A stretch of DNA of 64,000 bases from an uncultured Clostridium sp. (GTDB taxonomy: Bacteria; Bacillota; Clostridia; Clostridiales; Clostridiaceae): contig NZ_CAKVKB010000003.1 of NCBI RefSeq assembly GCF_934754915.1, forward strand, positions 2,281-66,280, given 5' to 3'. Each line of letters starts with the position of its first letter. Within the stretch, counting starts at the first letter, position 1. Shown here piece by piece: positions 59,567-64,000 of the stretch. Both the position numbers and the translations under genes were made by a program. Below the pieces are notes generated by a model. That model searched no databases. It saw only the letters and a program-made list of their open reading frames with translations, and was not told the origin of the DNA.

Positions 59567-59758
59567 TTATTGCTTTTTCATAAAGAATGAAATTGCATAT
59601 ATTCCAGCCAATCCTACAAGTCCATAAATTATTCTGCTTATAATGGAAGCTGTACCGAAAAGTGAATCTACTAGATTATATTGAAAAAATCCAATTAATC
59701 CCCAATTTATAGCTCCAATAATAATTAAAATAAGTGCAGTAATATCAAGATATTTCAT
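59567..59758 (-). CDS. DUF378-type small membrane protein
   Basis: It is 63 aa with two TM segments and the GAINWGLIGFF motif. RBS is GGAGTG. Confidence 0.7.
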   Translation of the reverse strand: MKYLDITALILIIIGAINWGLIGFFQYNLVDSLFGTASIISRIIYGLVGLAGIYAISFFMKKQ

Positions 59759-59906
59759 TTTAACACACTCCTATTATAAATTATTGATTTATACAAAATT
59801 ATTATCTGCTATTAGTTTAAATTTATGCATAAAATAAAAAGGAGAATTACATTGTTATATTAAAAATATTAAGAATTTACAGACTTATTTATAAAATTAT
59901 TTTTAG

Positions 59907-59989
59907 ATATATACGTTCCAATAATAGAACTGTTTAACAATTAAAGAAATCTCTGCTAAGGTTTTAACATTGTTAATTGGAATATATAT
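59907..59989 (-). repeat. intergenic repeat copy L (one-module form)
   Basis: The minus strand reads ATATATATTCCAATTAACAATGTTAAAACCTTAGCAGAGATTTCTTTAATTGTTAAACAGTTCTATTATTGGAACGTATATAT. It starts 5 nt downstream of the lrp-family stop. Confidence 0.8.
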
Positions 59990-59994
59990 TTTTT

Positions 59995-60462
59995 TTATAA
60001 TGTTATATTTCGATCTATAGGTTGAGATAGAGAAACGAAAGTATCAGTTCTTGAAATACCATCTATATTGTTGATTTTATTTAACAAAACATCCTGAAGG
60101 TCAGATATATTTTTGCAGACTATTTTTGCAAACATTGAATAATCACCTGTAGTTAAATGAAGTTCAACAACTTCTTTTATAGTAGACATCTGATCAAATA
60201 CTGAGTTAAATGATGATGTTTTATCTACATATATTCCTACAAAACAGCATACGTCATAGCCAAGTTTAGGAAGATTTAAAACAATTCTTGAACCTTTGAT
60301 AATGCCCATGTCTTCCATTTTTTTCATTCTAACATGTATTGTACCGCCACTGACATGACATATTCTTGCTATTTCTAAATATGGGGTTCTGCAGTCTTTT
60401 ATTAAAAGTTCTAAAATCTGTAAATCTAATTCATCTAAATGACCATTTGGGATAAAAGCCAT
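59995..60462 (-). CDS. Lrp/AsnC family transcriptional regulator
   Basis: It has an N-terminal HTH (LDLQILELLIKDCRTPYLEIARICHVSGGTIHVRMKKM) and a C-terminal RAM-like domain. Confidence 0.85.
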   Translation of the reverse strand: MAFIPNGHLDELDLQILELLIKDCRTPYLEIARICHVSGGTIHVRMKKMEDMGIIKGSRIVLNLPKLGYDVCCFVGIYVDKTSSFNSVFDQMSTIKEVVELHLTTGDYSMFAKIVCKNISDLQDVLLNKINNIDGISRTDTFVSLSQPIDRNITL

Positions 60463-60695
60463 TATATCACCTCTTATTAACTAGTCTATTTTTTTTTATT
60501 CTATCAAAAAATAAATAAAATTTAAAGAAAAAAATAAAAAAATGTAAAAAAAGTTTTAAAATTTTAATATTTTATTAAAAAATATTATTTCAACCAGATT
60601 TATAATAAAAGCAAAAAGCTATTGTATACCTCTTGATAATATTGAGAATTTAACTTAATATTATTAATATAGACTTTATAAGGAGGAATTCATAA

Positions 60696-61025
60696 ATGAA
60701 TATCATTTCTAAAATATTATTCTATGTTGTAATGCTGATAGTTATTTTAGCTCTTTATGCAGCTTGCAGACTATATATATTCACTAAAGTAAGAATAAAC
60801 AAATGGATACCTTTAGGAGTAGCTGTAATCATATTCTGCTGTCAGTTATTTATAAAGAATATTAATGGCTATTTAAATGGAGCAATGACAATAGCTACAG
60901 TATTGTTTTTATTATGGTTTATGGAGATACAGCAGACAGGTGGTCCCAAGAAAAAAGAAAAGCCTATAGTAATAAAACCTAAAGCAAAACCAAACAGAGT
61001 AAAAAAGATAAATAAAGATAAATAA
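60696..61025 (+). CDS. hypothetical membrane protein with basic tail
   Basis: RBS is AAGGAGG. It has three hydrophobic segments and a K-rich C-terminus. Confidence 0.5.
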   Translation: MNIISKILFYVVMLIVILALYAACRLYIFTKVRINKWIPLGVAVIIFCCQLFIKNINGYLNGAMTIATVLFLLWFMEIQQTGGPKKKEKPIVIKPKAKPNRVKKINKDK

Positions 61026-61027
61026 TA

Positions 61028-61056
61028 AAAAGCCGGCATTTTATGCCGACTTTTTA
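61028..61056. terminator. bidirectional terminator between convergent genes
   Basis: AAAGCCGGCAT-ttt-ATGCCGACTTT (one mismatch) followed by TT. Confidence 0.75.
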
Positions 61057-62061
61057 TTGTCTGAAAATAGGAGAACTTATTGCTATTTTTGAATTTTCAA
61101 GTATTATTTTTATTACATACCAAAGTTCATTAATATTAGGTTCATGTTTGTACATATATTTAACTCTATTTAGGTTTAGGTTATTTATTTTTTTTATTAT
61201 TATACCATTTGTTGATATTATCTGTATTTCTGAAATTTTGTAATTTGGATCTTTTGCAAAAATCATAAAATTAAGCTCATTAACACTATTGCTTATACAA
61301 CTTCCCATAAAAGAATCATTTAAAGTGAAGTACATATATAGACTTCTTGATTCAGTAGAATATGTATGTCTTTTTCTAAAAGCTTGAATTAGTGAACTCA
61401 TATTTAATTCATTTGCAATTATGCAGGTTAAGTTTTCAGAATCTCCAAAATTTAATCTATGATTATCTTGTCCATTTATTGCTCCAAGCTTCCAGCCTTT
61501 ATCAAGAAGTTTATAATATTGTTTTTCATAACGCTGATATTTATTAGGTGCTGAACCATTACCAACTTCTATGGATGTAATTAATTTATTAAGGATTGGA
61601 TTATATTCAAGATTTTCTATTGAATTGTGCGGATGATTTATTGATATAAATGCATCTGGATTATTGAACATCCATAAGATTAAAAGTTGAATATTGTTTA
61701 CAGTGCCAGTAAAAAATATATTAGGATTTGAAATGTTGATATCTCCTAAAATTTTTGTTTTGCTTTCAAAACCAATAAGAGATAGAAAATTTTCATGTTT
61801 TTTATTATATTTTGATGAAAGATATTTTGAAGCTTCCCATTTAGTAAATTCGTTACCTCTTACTCTTACAGATTTTGTTAGATGATTGTTATGATCTGTA
61901 AGTATGAGAAAATCAAGTCCATTGTGTCTAGCGTAATCAAAAGCTTCTATAGGAGTTCCCATGCCAGTTGAAAATGCAGAGTGGGCATGCGGTATTCCAA
62001 AATAGAATTTTAGATTTTTTGTATCAAGAGTTTCTGATGTTGAAATCTTTTTTCGTCCCAT
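61054..62061 (-). CDS. PHP-domain metallo-phosphoesterase family protein
   Basis: It has the N-terminal GIPHAHSAFS (HxH), LILTDHN and INHPH motifs. Confidence 0.65.
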   Translation of the reverse strand: MGRKKISTSETLDTKNLKFYFGIPHAHSAFSTGMGTPIEAFDYARHNGLDFLILTDHNNHLTKSVRVRGNEFTKWEASKYLSSKYNKKHENFLSLIGFESKTKILGDINISNPNIFFTGTVNNIQLLILWMFNNPDAFISINHPHNSIENLEYNPILNKLITSIEVGNGSAPNKYQRYEKQYYKLLDKGWKLGAINGQDNHRLNFGDSENLTCIIANELNMSSLIQAFRKRHTYSTESRSLYMYFTLNDSFMGSCISNSVNELNFMIFAKDPNYKISEIQIISTNGIIIKKINNLNLNRVKYMYKHEPNINELWYVIKIILENSKIAISSPIFRQ

Positions 62062-62183
62062 AAAAAGCTCCTTAAAATTATTTTATAATATATATTATTA
62101 ATGACACATCTAAAATAATGACAATAACGAAATCTAATGATAAAATAACTTTAACAGAATGTATACTTTTAGAGGTGATACAA

Positions 62184-62684
62184 ATGATTAAAAAATATAT
62201 GGGAAAAAAACCAATAATAAGTGAAAAGGCATATGTTTCAGAAACATCTGTAATTATGGGTGATGTTGTATTAAAAGAAAATTCAAATGTATGGTTTGGA
62301 GCTGTTCTTAGAGGAGATATGGCTGAGATAATTATTGGTGAAAATACAAATATTCAGGAAAATACAGTAGTTCATGTTGATAAAAATCATAAAGTTACAA
62401 TTGGAAACAATTGTACTGTTGGACATAATGCAACAATTCATGGATGCTCTATTGGGGATAATACATTAATAGGAATGGGTGCTATAATATTAAATGGAGC
62501 AAAAATAGGAAATAATTCTATAGTGGCTGCTGGAGCACTTATAACTCAGAACAAGGAATTTGATGATGGGGTTTTAATTCTTGGAAATCCAGCAAAGGCT
62601 GTCAGAAAACTTACAGAAGAGGAAATTGAAAAAAATAGGCAGGCAAGTTTGAATTATATTAAGCTTAGCAGAGAAATTGAATAA
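62184..62684 (+). CDS. gamma-carbonic-anhydrase-like hexapeptide-repeat (LbH) protein
   Basis: Left-handed beta-helix repeats are present, plus the VWFGAVLRGD and IGENTNIQENTVVH motifs typical of the YrdA/PaaY group. Start is ATG 62184 after AGAGGTGA. Confidence 0.8.
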   Translation: MIKKYMGKKPIISEKAYVSETSVIMGDVVLKENSNVWFGAVLRGDMAEIIIGENTNIQENTVVHVDKNHKVTIGNNCTVGHNATIHGCSIGDNTLIGMGAIILNGAKIGNNSIVAAGALITQNKEFDDGVLILGNPAKAVRKLTEEEIEKNRQASLNYIKLSREIE

Positions 62685-62727
62685 AGAAGAAAATATCAGT
62701 TTTTAAAATGATGTATGGAGGAATAAA

Positions 62728-63564
62728 ATGATAGTATTAGGACAATATTGTAATTTAACAGTAAGCAAAAAAGTCGATTTCGGTTATTATCTTAAAGATA
62801 AATTTGGTGATGAAGTGCTTCTTCCTAATAGCGCATGTAAGGGTACTGTTATAAATGAGGGAGATAAAATAGAAGTATTTGTATATAGAGATTCAAAAGA
62901 TAGAATGATTTCTACACTGAAAAAACCATATCTTACAACTGGAGAGGTTGCATATTTGAAAATAGTATCGCAAAGTAATATAGGTGCTTTTGCTGATATT
63001 GGACTAGAAAGAGATTTATTTATACCATTGAAAGAACAGGCTTTTAAACTTAAGACTGGAGAAAAATATCTTATATATATGTATATAGATAAAACTGATA
63101 GGTTAGCAGGAACAACAAAGGTTGATTTATATCTTGATATGGCTGAAGAAGGAATGTATAAGGTATCAGATGAGGTCTCAGCTATCATATACAATACTAA
63201 CGAAAATGGAACTTTAAATGTAGCGATTGATGGAAAATATAAAGGACTTATACTTGCAAATGAACATTTTGATTATTTATATCCAGGACAGGAAATAAAA
63301 GCAAGAGTAAAAAGAGTATATGAAGATGGAATGATTGGAATAACAACAAGGAAGAAAAGATTTGATGCAAGAGAAGAACTTGAGCAGAAAATACTTTTAT
63401 TGCTAAAAGAAAATGGCGGTTTTATGCCATATAATGACAAGACATCTCCAGAAGATATAAAAAGAGAATTTAATACGAGCAAAAACTATTTTAAAATGAC
63501 TCTTGGAGGTATGATGAAAAAGAAATTAATAACTCAAGATAGAGAAGGAACAAGATTACTTTGA
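62728..63564 (+). CDS. cvfB: S1-domain RNA-binding protein, CvfB/YitL family
   Basis: It is about 280 aa with repeated S1-like segments and a C-terminal winged-helix-like tail (MTLGGMMKKKLITQDREGTRLL). Confidence 0.7.
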   Translation: MIVLGQYCNLTVSKKVDFGYYLKDKFGDEVLLPNSACKGTVINEGDKIEVFVYRDSKDRMISTLKKPYLTTGEVAYLKIVSQSNIGAFADIGLERDLFIPLKEQAFKLKTGEKYLIYMYIDKTDRLAGTTKVDLYLDMAEEGMYKVSDEVSAIIYNTNENGTLNVAIDGKYKGLILANEHFDYLYPGQEIKARVKRVYEDGMIGITTRKKRFDAREELEQKILLLLKENGGFMPYNDKTSPEDIKREFNTSKNYFKMTLGGMMKKKLITQDREGTRLL

Positions 63565-63599
63565 TAAATATAGTTATTTAAAATTTCAATAATGTATAA

Positions 63600-63634
63600 A
63601 TAAGAGCTGCTGAAAATGTAAGCTCTTATTTTGA
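63600..63634 (+). terminator. Rho-independent terminator
   Basis: ATAAGAGCT-12 nt-AGCTCTTAT followed by TTTGAT. Confidence 0.7.
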
Positions 63635-63843
63635 TATTTGGGAAAATAAAAAAATAATCCACATCAATGAAATAAGGGGAAAGTATTTTATCAAAACATT
63701 TGTCAATGGAATTGTTTTTGTGTGTGAAAATAATGGAAAATTAATATAAAAATATTGATTAATTTTAACATATATATGGTACAATTAAGAATTGTATTAG
63801 AATTATTTGTTTGAAATCATATTAGACTCTGAGAGGTTTATAC

Positions 63844-64000
63844 ATGAAGCTAAAAGAAATTTTTAATGGATATGTTAAAAGAAAAAAAGAATATAAAATT
63901 TTAATATTGACTTTAATAATCATATTAATATTAGGAATGGCTTTGAAAGGAAATATTAAAGATATATTTGGAATAAATAATGATGCTAATCTTGAAAAAT
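63844..64000 (+). CDS. hypothetical signal-anchored protein, 3' end cut by the window edge
   Basis: The ATG follows GAGAGG. The sequence MKLKEIFNGYVKRKKEYKILILTLIIILILGMAL... shows one TM segment and is open to the end of the window. Confidence 0.45.
   Translation, partial: MKLKEIFNGYVKRKKEYKILILTLIIILILGMALKGNIKDIFGINNDANLEK

Noticed and set aside
1-64000. A search for CRISPR arrays, tRNA/rRNA genes, transposases, integrases, phage or toxin-antitoxin and defence-system gene sets.
   Set aside because: None was seen. All sizeable ORFs are accounted for by housekeeping or envelope functions or by isolated hypotheticals. The only regularly recurring sequence is the dispersed repeat family, which is not arrayed with spacers.

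Overview
This is a very AT-rich core-chromosome segment of a Clostridium-type low-GC Firmicute. It holds about 55 protein genes, most on the + strand, with GGAGG-type RBSs and many Rho-independent terminators. The content is mainly housekeeping: sbcDC, two tandem diverged L25/Ctc genes, a phosphohexomutase, and an envelope-glycopolymer cluster (TPR protein, TagA-like, MurJ, two glycosyltransferases, O-antigen-ligase-like). It also carries ychF, uppP, pfkA, pyrB-I-C-F-K-D and pyrE (each block behind a PyrR-type attenuator), pflBA, ldh, asnA, birA, a T-box-controlled argS, gltX, and scattered hypothetical or hydrolase-fold genes. I saw no rRNA, tRNA, CRISPR array, transposase, integrase or phage genes. 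The most unusual signal is non-coding: a dispersed family of roughly 65-125 bp repeats with TATATA-type ends. There are at least 12 recognisable copies plus fragments, all outside the gene models I accept (one overlaps only a rejected ORF-track N-terminal extension) and in both orientations. They share terminal inverted arms that appear to co-vary within copies, a variable number of ATTRACAATG modules, and a conserved central hairpin. Secondary observations include an in-frame TAA in a flavodoxin-like gene wedged into the pyr cluster and a 585-aa orphan protein with an HprK/PEPCK-like P-loop. A class-A-type serine hydrolase seems to lack the SxxK serine, and two small ORFs are missing from the ORF track. 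Everything was read by eye with no searches run. Repeat and hairpin coordinates are good to about +/-3 nt, and protein calls rest on recognised motifs.
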